Positions 9,555 through 20,143 are shown, counted from the stretch's first letter. The stretch: 27,062 bases of DNA from Pseudomonadota bacterium (GCA_043822785.1 JBDRBN010000002.1:1-27062), one strand, 5' to 3'. Numbers and translations: made by a program. Notes: generated from the letters alone by a model not told the origin.

Positions 9555-10667
9555 ATGAATTATTTACGCATAAAAATAGTGCTCCTTATAGCGTCTTTCA
9601 TCGCCATAGCACCAATGTATTCATGTTCTGGCGGCGAGCAGTTTTCAGCTTGGCAAACAGAGGTGTTTGATGAGACTCGCATCACTGAGAGCACCACAAA
9701 GACTTTTATCCTAGGCAACTCCTCTTCTGATACCGAGCAGCACATAAGCGCCATAGGTTTTGATCGGGGCAGCAATGCTGCCGGCCACTTTCGCATAGAT
9801 AAACTCGAGGTCGGAGGACAGACAGTTTCTTCAACAGACATAGTGATCCCCCCTGGAAGTTCGCTTCAGGCAACAGTTACCTATGCCCCTATGAACCTAG
9901 AAACCTCTCAAGCAGCATATGGCGGTTGGGTTACAGGAGAAGAGGAGCGCTGGATTCCCAAGCATCCGGATGAAATAAAGCGCGGCTCTGAAGAAGAGGT
10001 AATTCATCGAGCTATTGTAGAAGCAGTCTACCGCTATCCCAAGGATGGCATCTTCTATTTGCAGCTCGTAGGAACCGCAGAGAAAGGACCGTTTGGTGAG
10101 GAGGAGGCAGGAGGAGCATTTGCTACCTGCACGCCAGGCAATGGCACTGCATGTTACACGGGCGGATTTTCCATCGACATACCACAGCTTGCTCCTGGTG
10201 GACCCAAGGCGCTTGAGATCACAGGACCAATCAGGTTCAGCATAGACGGCGCGACGCTTAAGCTTCGTATGGATGATTTTCCCTATGCAATAATGTATTT
10301 GCGCAGCGAAGAGATACCGCAACTGCCTTCAGGAGTTACTGCAACGCTCATCATAAGTGGTGCTCAAGGTGTAGAAGCACAGGGCACATTTGATGGTACA
10401 AGGGTAGAGCTTTCAGGCGTTGCATTCCGCATACGCGTTACCCTGGGCGAGGTGAGCATAGAGGATATAAAGCAGGGTATATCTGCTCTTGTGGACTTTG
10501 ATTTAACCGATCTAGACATCGAGACCATCAATCCGCTTTCTCAGGGCAATATTACCATGCGCCTTGAGACCACTGTCCCGCAAAATCCATCAGGCAACGA
10601 GCTCTTTGACCAGTTCCTATCAGGCGCTGATGTTATAGCGACCATGGAAGGCCAGCTGGAGTTCTAG
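9555..10667 (+). CDS. Hypothetical lipoprotein; probable N-terminal Ig-like domain and beta-rich C-terminus
   Basis: Likely start ATG 9555 (the ORF track's upstream extension is translated repeat DNA). Signal MNYLRIKIVLLIASFIAIAPMYS-C; GHFRI...IPPGSSLQATVTYAP resembles ASH/choice-of-anchor-D-like Ig folds. Confidence 0.7.
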   Translation: MNYLRIKIVLLIASFIAIAPMYSCSGGEQFSAWQTEVFDETRITESTTKTFILGNSSSDTEQHISAIGFDRGSNAAGHFRIDKLEVGGQTVSSTDIVIPPGSSLQATVTYAPMNLETSQAAYGGWVTGEEERWIPKHPDEIKRGSEEEVIHRAIVEAVYRYPKDGIFYLQLVGTAEKGPFGEEEAGGAFATCTPGNGTACYTGGFSIDIPQLAPGGPKALEITGPIRFSIDGATLKLRMDDFPYAIMYLRSEEIPQLPSGVTATLIISGAQGVEAQGTFDGTRVELSGVAFRIRVTLGEVSIEDIKQGISALVDFDLTDLDIETINPLSQGNITMRLETTVPQNPSGNELFDQFLSGADVIATMEGQLEF

Positions 10668-10795
10668 CAACAAAATTTTGACATCTGAGTGATTTTTACC
10701 TCATTTTTTCTGCTGGCAATGATAAACTCTTATGTTTTGCCCACTATAACCTCTTAATATCATTAATCATTTTTTTTACTATCAAGCCCATAAAT

Positions 10796-10811
10796 TGGCA
10801 CAATTATTGGA
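10796..10811 (+). promoter_or_regulatory. Possible variant sigma54 promoter
   Basis: TGGCACA-ATTA-TTGGA: good -24 box, but -12 is GG rather than GC; preceded by the same CTTAATATCATT 12-mer as the 7663 promoter. Confidence 0.4.
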
Positions 10812-10852
10812 CGTATAATGCAGCGGTGCTGTTCTTCCGGGAGGAGGAAGAA

Positions 10853-12775
10853 ATGCGGTGTATATCGCTTAAAAGATGTTTAGTGGTTTTATTATTAATC
10901 CTTGCGATGGGCATATTATTAGCAGCTGGGTGCGGAGGTGGAATAATATTCGAGGACACAACTGAAGGGATAGGCGGCACAGGTGAAACTGGAGATGGCG
11001 AAAACGGCAACGGCAATGGTGATAATACAAACCCATTTGCCAGCATAGTTCCTGTAGATCTTTCCAGCATAAGTAATACTCAAAGCGTGGTTATTACATT
11101 TAGTGAAACCATGGATACTACTTCATTGGTTCTAGGCGGAACCATGGGACCAGAGAGCGATGGTGGTGTATGGTCAACTACAACAAACGAAAACGATACT
11201 GTCACCATTAGCCCTACAGCCACTTGGACAAGCGGCATTAGGACGCTTACGTTTACTGCCAGCGATTTGGCCGGCAATTCAGTAGCTAGCGCAAGCATCA
11301 GCAAACAAGAAGCAACACAGGGCGTAACATACGGCGTACAGGTGCTATTTGTTAGCACTGGCGAAGATGGTGTGTTGTGTGACTTGAAGGATGTTTGTGG
11401 CAACCCAACAGCTGCTGCTGACCTAGGAGTGGATTATATTAACGATGGATGGAGCGCAGCTGAAATTCGTGTTTCAGAGGGGAATTATGAGGTTAATTCA
11501 TCAGGATTGGCTCCAGGCGTTCCTGGGGAAGTCAGGGTGAGTGCAGGCGTGTCCCTGAGCGGAGGTTATGCAGTTGTAGATGGAGAGCCTGACTGGACTG
11601 GTACTAGAGACCCGGTGACCAACATCACAGCCATCACAGATACAGCTGCCGGGGGCGGAGATGTTCCGTTTCAGCCTAATTGTCCGGTATATGCGCTTGC
11701 CGGCGTAACTGCTGATAGCGTGATAGATGGATTCAGAATCGTTGGCGCAGGCGGCCTTATGAGTTGTGGTATATTCTCCAATAATGCATCGCCTACTATC
11801 TCAAACAATAATATATATGGAGGAGATGCGACAACTATTACTGCCGCGGTTCTTAATATGTTTAACAGCTCGCCTGTCCTGCAAAACAACACCATAGTTG
11901 GCGGTGGAGCATTGGTCGGAACCTTGAATACCATGGGAATACGAAATTTTTCCGCCTGTTCCCCTAACATCCAAGGCAATAACATAAATGCTGGGCTCGG
12001 AATAAATGGCAGCGTTGGCATTGCAAACTTTACAGCCAGCTCGCCATTGATAGACAACAACGATATAGACGGTGGCGCTGCTACAGACAGCCGCGGTATT
12101 GATAATCAGGACAATTCAAATCCGATCACAACAAATAACATAATCGTGGCAGGCGACGGGGGACTTGGTGTAACTACAAACTACGGTATTGCTAATTGGG
12201 GTGGCAGTGCACCATTGATTCAGAACAACGTAATAGATGGTGGAGAGGCAACAAATAACCGTGTAATCTTGTGCAGCAACTCTTCACCTCTGATATATAA
12301 CAATACAATTTTCGGACGTAATGGAGACTTATCCACCTACGGTATCATGTTGCTCGGCGTCAGTGCGCCTGAAATCGTCAATAACATAATATATAAAATA
12401 GAAGTTATTGGCGTTCCTAGCGACATTGCAATATGGGACAATGATGCAGGCTCTGACCCTGCTGTGGTGAGAAACAATGATATATTCGATTATACAAGTG
12501 GAGTTTATTACGATGGCGATACTCTGAACACCTATCCATTTGTAGTTGCTATGGAGGCGGCTCTCGCTTTTGCATTCGACAATATCGACGAGGATTTATC
12601 TGCATGTCTGGATCCTGATGATGACTTTAGATTTGGATCGGGCTGTGACCTTGGTCTTGTTGTGTTTGATACCTCAGGGCTTGATGGATCAGGCGAAGGC
12701 TGGGATGTCGACACAGACATGGACGGCGTATTACGAACAGTACTATGGTCCATAGGCGCATATGAGTATGATTGA
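10853..12775 (+). CDS. Predicted lipoprotein: Ig-like domain, parallel beta-helix repeats, choice-of-anchor-Q-like C-terminus
   Basis: ATG 10853 after GGAGGAGG; lipobox AAG-C; VVITFSETMD...ASDLAGN (bacterial Ig-like); repeated S(S/A)PxIxNNxIxGG coils; terminal DMDGVLR...SIGAYEYD. Confidence 0.8.
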   Translation: MRCISLKRCLVVLLLILAMGILLAAGCGGGIIFEDTTEGIGGTGETGDGENGNGNGDNTNPFASIVPVDLSSISNTQSVVITFSETMDTTSLVLGGTMGPESDGGVWSTTTNENDTVTISPTATWTSGIRTLTFTASDLAGNSVASASISKQEATQGVTYGVQVLFVSTGEDGVLCDLKDVCGNPTAAADLGVDYINDGWSAAEIRVSEGNYEVNSSGLAPGVPGEVRVSAGVSLSGGYAVVDGEPDWTGTRDPVTNITAITDTAAGGGDVPFQPNCPVYALAGVTADSVIDGFRIVGAGGLMSCGIFSNNASPTISNNNIYGGDATTITAAVLNMFNSSPVLQNNTIVGGGALVGTLNTMGIRNFSACSPNIQGNNINAGLGINGSVGIANFTASSPLIDNNDIDGGAATDSRGIDNQDNSNPITTNNIIVAGDGGLGVTTNYGIANWGGSAPLIQNNVIDGGEATNNRVILCSNSSPLIYNNTIFGRNGDLSTYGIMLLGVSAPEIVNNIIYKIEVIGVPSDIAIWDNDAGSDPAVVRNNDIFDYTSGVYYDGDTLNTYPFVVAMEAALAFAFDNIDEDLSACLDPDDDFRFGSGCDLGLVVFDTSGLDGSGEGWDVDTDMDGVLRTVLWSIGAYEYD

Positions 12776-12791
12776 TAAGGAGTGACTGATT

Positions 12792-12870
12792 GTCATTGCG
12801 AGGAACAACGTGACGAAGCAATCCCCTAAAGATCAGGAGATTGCTTCGTCGTTTCACTCCTCGCAATGAC
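12792..12870. repeat. Palindromic intergenic element, copy 4
   Basis: GTCATTGCGAG...GAAGCAATC...GATTGCTTCG...CTCGCAATGAC between convergent genes, directly abutting the pgi stop. Confidence 0.9.
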
Positions 12871-14181
12871 TCAAGGGTTTGACAGTATTTCCCTCGTAAG
12901 CTTTTTCCCCAATTCCACTCCAGGTTGATCAAACGGATTGATGTTGTATAGCGCGCCTGCAAAGGCAGTGGCTGCCTCATACAGCATAAAGAACTCGCCT
13001 AGATGTTGTGCATCGATCTTGGGAAAGGTGACGGTGAGGCTGGGCCGCCCGTTTTTCGCTAATGCCTCTGCAGTTGCCTTCTGTTCTGCATGCATGATCG
13101 TGCCCAGGTCCTTGCCTTTAAGGTACTCATACGCGCCGCTTGCTTCATGGATTTGCGTAAAAGATGCCGGCACCTTGAACGACTCGGTTCCTACAAATGT
13201 AAACACCTTGTCCAACGGCCCATCCATATAGAGCTGAACCTGTGAATGTTGATCAGTGACGCCGAGCGCCTTGATGGGAGTCTGTCCCTTGCCGTCTTTA
13301 CCCAGGCTTTCTGCCCAAAGCTGTGCATACCAATCGGCAGTGAGCATGAGCGCATCGGAGTACGGCAGCATCACACTCATGTGCTTTGCCTTCTTAGTAT
13401 CAAACCAAAAGTGGTATCCGCCTATCTGATACCCAGGGTTTTCTTCAAGATCGCTTATCTCACAGCGGGCAGCCATGTCCTTGGCGCCGCTGATTAGGGC
13501 TTTTACATCTATGCCCACGCATGCTGCTGGAAATAAACCCACAGGGCAGAGCACAGAAAAGCGTCCCCCCAACTTTGGCGGTATTGAGAATGAATCTAGA
13601 TTCTCCTTAGTGCAAAGCTCTCTGAGATGACCTTGGTTTGGATCTGTTATAGCTATAAGATTTTTTTGCCATCCTTCTCCTAACGCATCTTTTAATCTCT
13701 GTATGGCTATATGCATCTGGGCAGCAGTTTCAGTGGTGCTGCCTGATTTGCTGATCACAATAAAGCAGGTCTTCTTTATATCGACCATTTCCAAGAGTGC
13801 GGCAAATGTTTCAGGATCGATGTTGTCGCACACAAAGAGCTTTGGTTTATTGTTTCTCTCTGACGCGTTCCTTAAGTTCCAAAATGGAGGAAGCAAAGCG
13901 CTAGCTAGGCAGCGCATCCCCAACGCCGAGCCGCCTATGCCCAGCACCACGAGATTTTCAAAGCTAGATGCAACCTCATTGGCTTTATCTTCGATTCCAT
14001 CAAAAATCGTATTGTCAGAAACGATATCGAAGAAAATGGCATCCTGAGATTTGCGCCACTGCAATACTTTTTCATGTGCCGTCTTAGCGGCTTTGGCTAT
14101 CTCGGCCAAATCCTCAGAAGTCAGCCCATTCGCATCTCCCACCCTGTCTGCCATGAGCTTGGTGAAATCTATTTTTAACAT
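12871..14181 (-). CDS. pgi: Glucose-6-phosphate isomerase
   Basis: VLGIGGSALG, SKSGSTTET, GGRFSVL, QLWAESLGK, DQHSQ, NPFDQPGVELGK. Confidence 0.96.
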   Translation of the reverse strand: MLKIDFTKLMADRVGDANGLTSEDLAEIAKAAKTAHEKVLQWRKSQDAIFFDIVSDNTIFDGIEDKANEVASSFENLVVLGIGGSALGMRCLASALLPPFWNLRNASERNNKPKLFVCDNIDPETFAALLEMVDIKKTCFIVISKSGSTTETAAQMHIAIQRLKDALGEGWQKNLIAITDPNQGHLRELCTKENLDSFSIPPKLGGRFSVLCPVGLFPAACVGIDVKALISGAKDMAARCEISDLEENPGYQIGGYHFWFDTKKAKHMSVMLPYSDALMLTADWYAQLWAESLGKDGKGQTPIKALGVTDQHSQVQLYMDGPLDKVFTFVGTESFKVPASFTQIHEASGAYEYLKGKDLGTIMHAEQKATAEALAKNGRPSLTVTFPKIDAQHLGEFFMLYEAATAFAGALYNINPFDQPGVELGKKLTREILSNP

Positions 14182-14200
14182 ACTGCCTCCTTAACTTACG

Positions 14201-15175
14201 CTAAATCCAAATGTTCTTTCGCTTCGCCAACATTTTATTGAGCGTGTTTTGAATCTCTTCTTTGATGCTATCTGCATGCTCGTTCACAAGTTCTTCATCT
14301 TCAGCATCTATAGGTTCAAACCCATCAAACTTTCGTACCTTTCCAAACGTTATATTCCACTTGCTCGGAAGCGGCACCAGGCCCAGGGGACCTAGCCAGG
14401 GAAATGTTGGAGTGAATGGAATAAAGGGTAGCCCCAGCGGTTCTGCCCACCGATAGGACTTCCATATGATAGGATGGGTCTCTTCAGATCCCACTATGGA
14501 AACCGGTATGATGGGCACGCCTGTTCGCATGGCCAGTTTAACAAACCCACCGCGACCAAAGCGCACAAGTTTATATCGCTCGTCATATTCCTTGCCTATT
14601 CCTCTTACGCCTTCCGGAAACACTGCAATCAGATGACCTGCGTCAAGCAGTTTAGTCGCATTTTCCTGACTTGCCCTCGCTCCGCCGATGCGCTGGATGA
14701 ACGTGCCGAGAATCGGCAGCTCATATACAAAGTCTTCCACCAAAAATCGAACTCCCCGCTGGCCTGCTAGGTTATTGAATACGGCCAGATGCACCATGGC
14801 GCCATCATAGGGCAGGGCGCCTGCATGGTTGGCGACCAAAATTGCAGGACCCTTACGCGGAATGTTGCGCATGCCCGCTACATCCACACGAAAGTAATTG
14901 TAGTAGAGGAATTGAAAAAAAGGGCGCATGAACTCCACAAGCGTCGGATCCAATCCAAACTCGTCTGCACCTTCGCCTGCATGCCAATATGAGAGCATGG
15001 TCTTTATGCTCTGCACTGTGGGGGAGCTGAGGATGCTGCTTAAAGCCCTGTCCCACTCTTGGCTCAGATATTCGCGCGTTTGGCCGCTTATGTGTTTTGT
15101 GAGCGTGGATAGCAATGATGCAGGCTTGCTCTTAGGATGTTTTCTGGAACGTCTTGTTGCCTTCTTTTTTGTCAT
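14201..15175 (-). CDS. Lysophospholipid acyltransferase (PlsC/LPLAT superfamily)
   Basis: LVANHAGALPYD, VFPEG, RFGRGGF, GVPIIPVSIVG; basic N-terminal extension. Confidence 0.9.
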   Translation of the reverse strand: MTKKKATRRSRKHPKSKPASLLSTLTKHISGQTREYLSQEWDRALSSILSSPTVQSIKTMLSYWHAGEGADEFGLDPTLVEFMRPFFQFLYYNYFRVDVAGMRNIPRKGPAILVANHAGALPYDGAMVHLAVFNNLAGQRGVRFLVEDFVYELPILGTFIQRIGGARASQENATKLLDAGHLIAVFPEGVRGIGKEYDERYKLVRFGRGGFVKLAMRTGVPIIPVSIVGSEETHPIIWKSYRWAEPLGLPFIPFTPTFPWLGPLGLVPLPSKWNITFGKVRKFDGFEPIDAEDEELVNEHADSIKEEIQNTLNKMLAKRKNIWI

Positions 15176-15179
15176 GGAG

Positions 15180-15620
15180 TTAGCCTCGACTCTTTGAGGC
15201 TTTTATATACACGCCTAAAGTGATGATGAATATTAAACCGTCGATTACAGCTCCCACGAGATAATAGAATTGCTTTCCGTTAATATATAGCAGTGCAGCA
15301 AAACCAATAGCAGATATGAATTTTGAAATTATGATAAGCCTTGCATAGCCAAAATTTCTAAGCGGACTTGCCTGAGCGAGCGCGCATGAATAGGTGAGGA
15401 TAGCAAGAAGCGCTACTGCAAGCACTAGCCAAAAATAACCACCGCTCGCTATAGGTGGCGAGTGCCAGCCTACAAAAACTTTGCCGATATCATTTATATA
15501 GTTGAGAAGTATATTGGGTATTGTGGCAAACAAAATGCCTGTGCCGAAAAACGCCACCATCCAAACCCGCATGAGAGTTATGAACGTGCGTTCCTGCTTG
15601 GTAAAACCTGCGTATTTCAT
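15180..15620 (-). CDS. Hypothetical membrane protein, about 4 TM helices
   Basis: 146 aa with four hydrophobic segments; 4-nt gap to the next gene. Confidence 0.8.
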   Translation of the reverse strand: MKYAGFTKQERTFITLMRVWMVAFFGTGILFATIPNILLNYINDIGKVFVGWHSPPIASGGYFWLVLAVALLAILTYSCALAQASPLRNFGYARLIIISKFISAIGFAALLYINGKQFYYLVGAVIDGLIFIITLGVYIKASKSRG

Positions 15621-15651
15621 GAGATCACTGTTGCAGAAAAATGCCTGAGAG

Positions 15652-16593
15652 TCAATCGGTGCCGGCGAGCGATGCGAATGCTGAGGGCACGCCCCATCTT
15701 CCCTTTTGACGGCTGCGCCATGTCATATGATGCTTATGCATGCGCTCTGCTATGATATCCAGACAGCGGCTCGGCTGGGATTGAGGATGGACGAGCACAA
15801 GCGGTTTGCCGCGCATAAGCGAGCTCGTCACATAATGGCTTTTGGGAATCCAGCCCGAGAAGAAGAGCTTGATGCGGCCGCGCCACATGCTGTTTACGCG
15901 GCTCCATATTTGCTGAAAGGTCACCACCGCATGATTGCGGTTACGGGCCATGTTGATGACAAGATGGATTGTGGCAGCTCCAAGTGTGTCTGCTAGCATT
16001 CCTATCGTGGATATCACGTCAGCGCGTGCTGTGACTTCGTGGTTGCTAACTAAGATGATATCATGAGCAAGCGACAAAAAGCGGGCAACCACGGCTGACA
16101 TGCCTGCTGCCAAGTCCACCACAATTATGTCAGAGCTCTCTTCAAGACAGGCAAGCTCTCCCACAAGAAAATCTAGTTTGGATTCATGTAGCATGGCCAA
16201 TTTCGATCTACCCAGGCCACCTGACACGAGCTTTAAGCCCAACGGGCCTTGCTCGATTATCTGTCCCATACTGAGCTCGCCGGAAAGAACATCAGATATA
16301 TCGCGCTTTGGTTCAATGCCCAGCACAAGATGCGCGTTTGCCAGCCCAAAATCAGCGTCTAAGAGCGTAACCCTATGCCCCCGACGCGCAAGCATTACTG
16401 CGAGGTTTGCGGCGATGATGGTTTTGCCTGTACCGCCTTTACCGCCGGCTACGCATATGACTTGGCTCTTAGCTGGATGCACGTTGCTTGTAGGCAAAGC
16501 CTGCTCTCTGTGTTTGGGCATACCGCAGGATACGCGAATCGATTCTGGTGTTCTTTGGAATTGAATGCCGATTTCTTTTGATTGTGTGGACAT
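15652..16593 (-). CDS. MinD/FlhG-family ATPase
   Basis: Deviant Walker A GGKGGTGKT, LLDADFGLAN, IIVVD, LVINMA. Confidence 0.85.
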   Translation of the reverse strand: MSTQSKEIGIQFQRTPESIRVSCGMPKHREQALPTSNVHPAKSQVICVAGGKGGTGKTIIAANLAVMLARRGHRVTLLDADFGLANAHLVLGIEPKRDISDVLSGELSMGQIIEQGPLGLKLVSGGLGRSKLAMLHESKLDFLVGELACLEESSDIIVVDLAAGMSAVVARFLSLAHDIILVSNHEVTARADVISTIGMLADTLGAATIHLVINMARNRNHAVVTFQQIWSRVNSMWRGRIKLFFSGWIPKSHYVTSSLMRGKPLVLVHPQSQPSRCLDIIAERMHKHHMTWRSRQKGRWGVPSAFASLAGTD

Positions 16594-16693
16594 GTGTTTT
16601 CCTCTTAATAGTTTTCGGCAATATGCAGTAATATGTTGCTAAATGTAGGCTATAAAAGATGCAATATGTTTATACACAGCCTTAACTAATGGT

Positions 16694-16706
16694 TAAGGCA
16701 TTGATT
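16694..16706. promoter_or_regulatory. IHF-like site overlapping an 8-bp inverted repeat (16679-16699)
   Basis: TAAGGCATTGATT matches YAANNNNTTGATW; GCCTTAAC-N5-GTTAAGGC hairpin. Confidence 0.35.
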
Positions 16707-16727
16707 ATAACATAATGATAAACATAG

Positions 16728-18002
16728 TTATTTAGCGGCAATTTTTTGTGATGTTTTCATAGCACAAAATTTTGGGCCACACATGGAACAGGCATCTGAT
16801 GAGTCGCGCGCACTTTCCCAGATGCGGCGTGCACCCTTGGGGTCGAGCAAAAGTTCAAACTGCCTATTCCAATCAAGGGCATAGCGGGCCCTGCTAAGCT
16901 CATCATCCCTTTGCCTGGCACCTGGTCTTTTACGCGCAATATCAGCAGCATGTGCAGCGATCTTATGGGCGATTACACCTGCACGCACATCGTCTACACC
17001 AGGCAAAGCAAGATGCTCTGTAGGTGTAACATAGCAGAGCATGGATGCTCCGCAAAAAGCTGCCATGGTGCCGCCGATGGCCGAGTTTATATGATCATGT
17101 CCAGCCGCAATATCGGTAACGAGCGGTCCCAGCACATAAAATGGCGCACCATCACACAGCTCAATCTGCTTCTTTATATTCATCTCGATTTGATCAAACG
17201 GTATGTGTCCTGGTCCTTCGACCATTACCTGAACTTGGGCATCCCACGCGCGGCGCGTCAGCTCTCCTAGCGTTTTAAGCTCAGCGAATTGCGCTTCATC
17301 TGATGCATCTGCAAGCGACCCAGGCCTTAGCCCATCGCCCAAGGAGAGCGACATGTCGTAGGTGCGACATATTTCTAGCAGCCTGTCGAAGTGCGTATAG
17401 AGGGGATTTTCTGCTTTGTTCATTTGCATCCACCTGGCCATGAGCGCACCGCCCCGACTCACGATTCCAGTTGTACGCTTAAGCGCTAGATCCACGTGAG
17501 CTGCCAGAAGCCCGCAGTGCACGGTTATAAAATCCACACCTTGCTTTGCGTGCTTCTCGATTACCTCGAAGAGTGCATCGACGGTGAGATCCTCTATGTT
17601 CTCCACCCCCTCGGCTGCTTCATATATGGGGACAGTACCAACTGGAACAGGAGAGTTCTCAATAATAGACCTGCGTATCTCATCGATCTTAGGTCCTGTT
17701 GATAGATCCATCACTGCATCAGCACCGCTTTCGATTGCAACTTTAAGCTTTGCAAGCTCTGATTGCATATCAGAGGACACTGAAGAGTTTCCGATGTTGG
17801 CGTTTATCTTGCACCTACACGCCTCACCTATGCCGATGGGCTTAAGGTTTGTGTGGTTTATGTTGGCTGGAATTATAAGATGGCCCTGTGCAATTTCGTC
17901 GCGCACATATTTGACATCCAGCATTTCGTCATTTGCAACGCATTGCATCTGCTCTGTGATGATGCCCTGGCGAGCATAATGAAGTTGCGTTTTACCTTGC
18001 AT
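16728..18002 (-). CDS. thiC: Phosphomethylpyrimidine synthase
   Basis: [36 protein letters not shown]-terminal CSMCGPKFC. Confidence 0.97.
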   Translation of the reverse strand: MQGKTQLHYARQGIITEQMQCVANDEMLDVKYVRDEIAQGHLIIPANINHTNLKPIGIGEACRCKINANIGNSSVSSDMQSELAKLKVAIESGADAVMDLSTGPKIDEIRRSIIENSPVPVGTVPIYEAAEGVENIEDLTVDALFEVIEKHAKQGVDFITVHCGLLAAHVDLALKRTTGIVSRGGALMARWMQMNKAENPLYTHFDRLLEICRTYDMSLSLGDGLRPGSLADASDEAQFAELKTLGELTRRAWDAQVQVMVEGPGHIPFDQIEMNIKKQIELCDGAPFYVLGPLVTDIAAGHDHINSAIGGTMAAFCGASMLCYVTPTEHLALPGVDDVRAGVIAHKIAAHAADIARKRPGARQRDDELSRARYALDWNRQFELLLDPKGARRIWESARDSSDACSMCGPKFCAMKTSQKIAAK

Positions 18003-18023
18003 ATTTTATCCTTTCACAGGTTT

Positions 18024-18065
<42 letters not shown>

Positions 18066-18072
<7 letters not shown>

Positions 18073-19151
18073 AGGTGTGGGTCCCAATCCTTCCACACAG
18101 GATCAAAACCCTTTTGTTTAAGCATGTGCGCAAACTCCTGCGCGGATCTAAAATCCTCAAGATGAAACTGCTCGCCTGATGTGTATTTTTCAGAATAGCC
18201 GCCAGGCGAAGTAACCGAGCCGCAACTCATCTGAGTTATTCCCAAAGGCAGGAGGTTGTCGCGAAGATTTGCAGGCTCGCGCGTTGAAAGCACAATGCCC
18301 GCATCGGGGAGAGAAAGCCTAAGGGTACAGATCAGTTGAGTAAGTTCACGATCAGATACAGGATGGGGCGGTTTAAACTTTGAAGCACAGTCGCGCACGC
18401 GCGGCACGCTCACTGTTAGGCTTGCTCGCCAATGCGTTTTCATGAGGTGTTTTGCATGTGCGATGAGCGCTATCGCCTCGCGGCGCCAGTCTGAAAGGCC
18501 GAGCAGGGCTCCAATGCCTATAAACCTCATGCCAGCCCTGCCAGCTGCATCAATAGCATTTATCCTCGAGCAGAATTCGCTTTTGGGACCGTATGGATGA
18601 AACTTTTGATATGCCTCTTTGTCATATGTTTCCTGATAAAGCGTGACTCCATCAATTCCTGCATCGATTAGCCTTGTGTAGCCAGCTTCGTCAAACGGTT
18701 GCACTTCTATGGCAAGGCTTGCTGCTAAGGGTCGTATTCTTTGCGCGATTTTTTCGATGATCTCAAGTGGCACTGCCTTTGGATCTTCTCCTGCAACGAG
18801 AAGCAGATGTCGATGCCCTGAAGCGATTACTATTCGCGCTTCTTCCAGTGCTTCATCAGCCGAAAGGGTACGCCGCTTTGTGTGGCCAGCAGCACTTCGA
18901 AACCCACAGTAGAGGCAGCCATTTATGCATTCATTTGAAATATAGATGGGCGCATAGAGCTTAATAGTTTTTCCAAACCGCCGCCTGGTGAGAGCATGCG
19001 CAGCCTGCGCCATTTCTTCAAGATGCTCTGATGCCTCATTGGTAAGAAGCGACGTGGCTTCAGATAAACTCAGATCCTCTTCCCCAAGCCTGTTTTTGAT
19101 GCGTGACCAGGGATGCGGAGTAATGCTCTTTATAGTTTCAAGAAATTCCAT
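18066..19151 (-). CDS. thiH: 2-iminoacetate synthase (radical SAM)
   Basis: LYAPIYISNECINGCLYCGF (CxxxCxxC), YQETY, GIGALLGL, LSTRE, GGY, QF, VWKDWD; adjacent to thiG. Confidence 0.93.
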
Positions 19152-19156
19152 TTATT

Positions 19157-19253
19157 GTCATCGCGAGCCCAGCACCGTATGATGCTGGGCGTGGCGATCT
19201 CCGTAAATCATTTATCGAGGAGATTGCTTCGTCGCTTCACTCCTCGCAATGAC
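19157..19253. repeat. Palindromic intergenic element, copy 5
   Basis: GTCATCGCGAG-CCCAGCA..TGCTGGG-CGTGGCGATC...GAGATTGCTTCG...CTCGCAATGAC between thiG and thiH. Confidence 0.9.
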
Positions 19254-19261
19254 ACATCGGT

Positions 19262-20038
19262 CTACTTTTCTTTTAAGAACCCTGTAAGTGGACTCGATGC
19301 CTCTGCATGCTTATTCTCAGGTGGGCATCCTGCCTCATATGCACTGCGGCCTGCGATCACACCCATGCAAAACGCTTGGGCCATATTCACAGGATCATCA
19401 GCTATGGCGATGGCAGTGTTAACTAGCACTGCATCTGCGCCCATCTCCATGGCTTCTGCTGCATGCGATGGTGCGCCAAGCCCTGCGTCCACGACAACAG
19501 GCACACAGGCCTGTTCGATTATGATTTTGATGGCGTCGCGAGTTTTAATTCCTCTGTTTGAACCTATGGGACTTCCTAGGGGCATGACTGTAGCAGCTCC
19601 TACATCTTCAAGCCTCTTTGCCAAAACAGGGTCAGCGTTGATATATGGGAGTACAGTAAAGTCATCCTTTATAAGCTCCTCTGCTGCTGCAAGCGTTTCA
19701 ACAGGATCAGGCAAGAGGTAGCGCGGCTCTGGAACCACCTCCAATTTAACCCAAGTGCCAAGACCTGCTTCTCTTGCAAGCCTGGCGAGCGTGACCGCTT
19801 CTTTTGCAGTGCGTGCACCAGAGGTGTTTGGCAACAGAAGATAGCGATCTCGATCGATGTAGCTGAGTATATCGGTAGCAGGAGAGGTAAGATCCACTCG
19901 GCGCAGCGCAACAGTTACTATTTCTGTACTAGATGCATCCAATGCTTTGCGCATGAGCTCGTGGGATGAAAACTTGCCAGTTCCTATGAGGAGGCGTGAT
20001 TCAAATTCTCTGCCAGCGATTATGAGCTTTGATGTCAT
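19262..20038 (-). CDS. thiG: Thiazole synthase
   Basis: [62 protein letters not shown]. Confidence 0.97.
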   Translation of the reverse strand: MTSKLIIAGREFESRLLIGTGKFSSHELMRKALDASSTEIVTVALRRVDLTSPATDILSYIDRDRYLLLPNTSGARTAKEAVTLARLAREAGLGTWVKLEVVPEPRYLLPDPVETLAAAEELIKDDFTVLPYINADPVLAKRLEDVGAATVMPLGSPIGSNRGIKTRDAIKIIIEQACVPVVVDAGLGAPSHAAEAMEMGADAVLVNTAIAIADDPVNMAQAFCMGVIAGRSAYEAGCPPENKHAEASSPLTGFLKEK

Positions 20039-20056
20039 TGTTTTGACCTCTTTATT

Positions 20057-20143
20057 GGCTAACGGCTAACGGCTAACGGCTAACGGCTAACGGCTAACGG
20101 CTAACGGCTAACGGCTAACGGCTAACGGCTAACGGCTAACGGC
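20057..20143. repeat. Perfect heptamer array (GGCTAAC)x12 plus GGC
   Basis: Counted directly: 20057-20140. Confidence 0.97.

Noticed and set aside
10814..10819. TATAAT as a sigma70 -10 box for the 10853 gene
   Set aside because: No properly spaced -35 (TTGGCA is only 13 nt away); not excluded, but unsupported.
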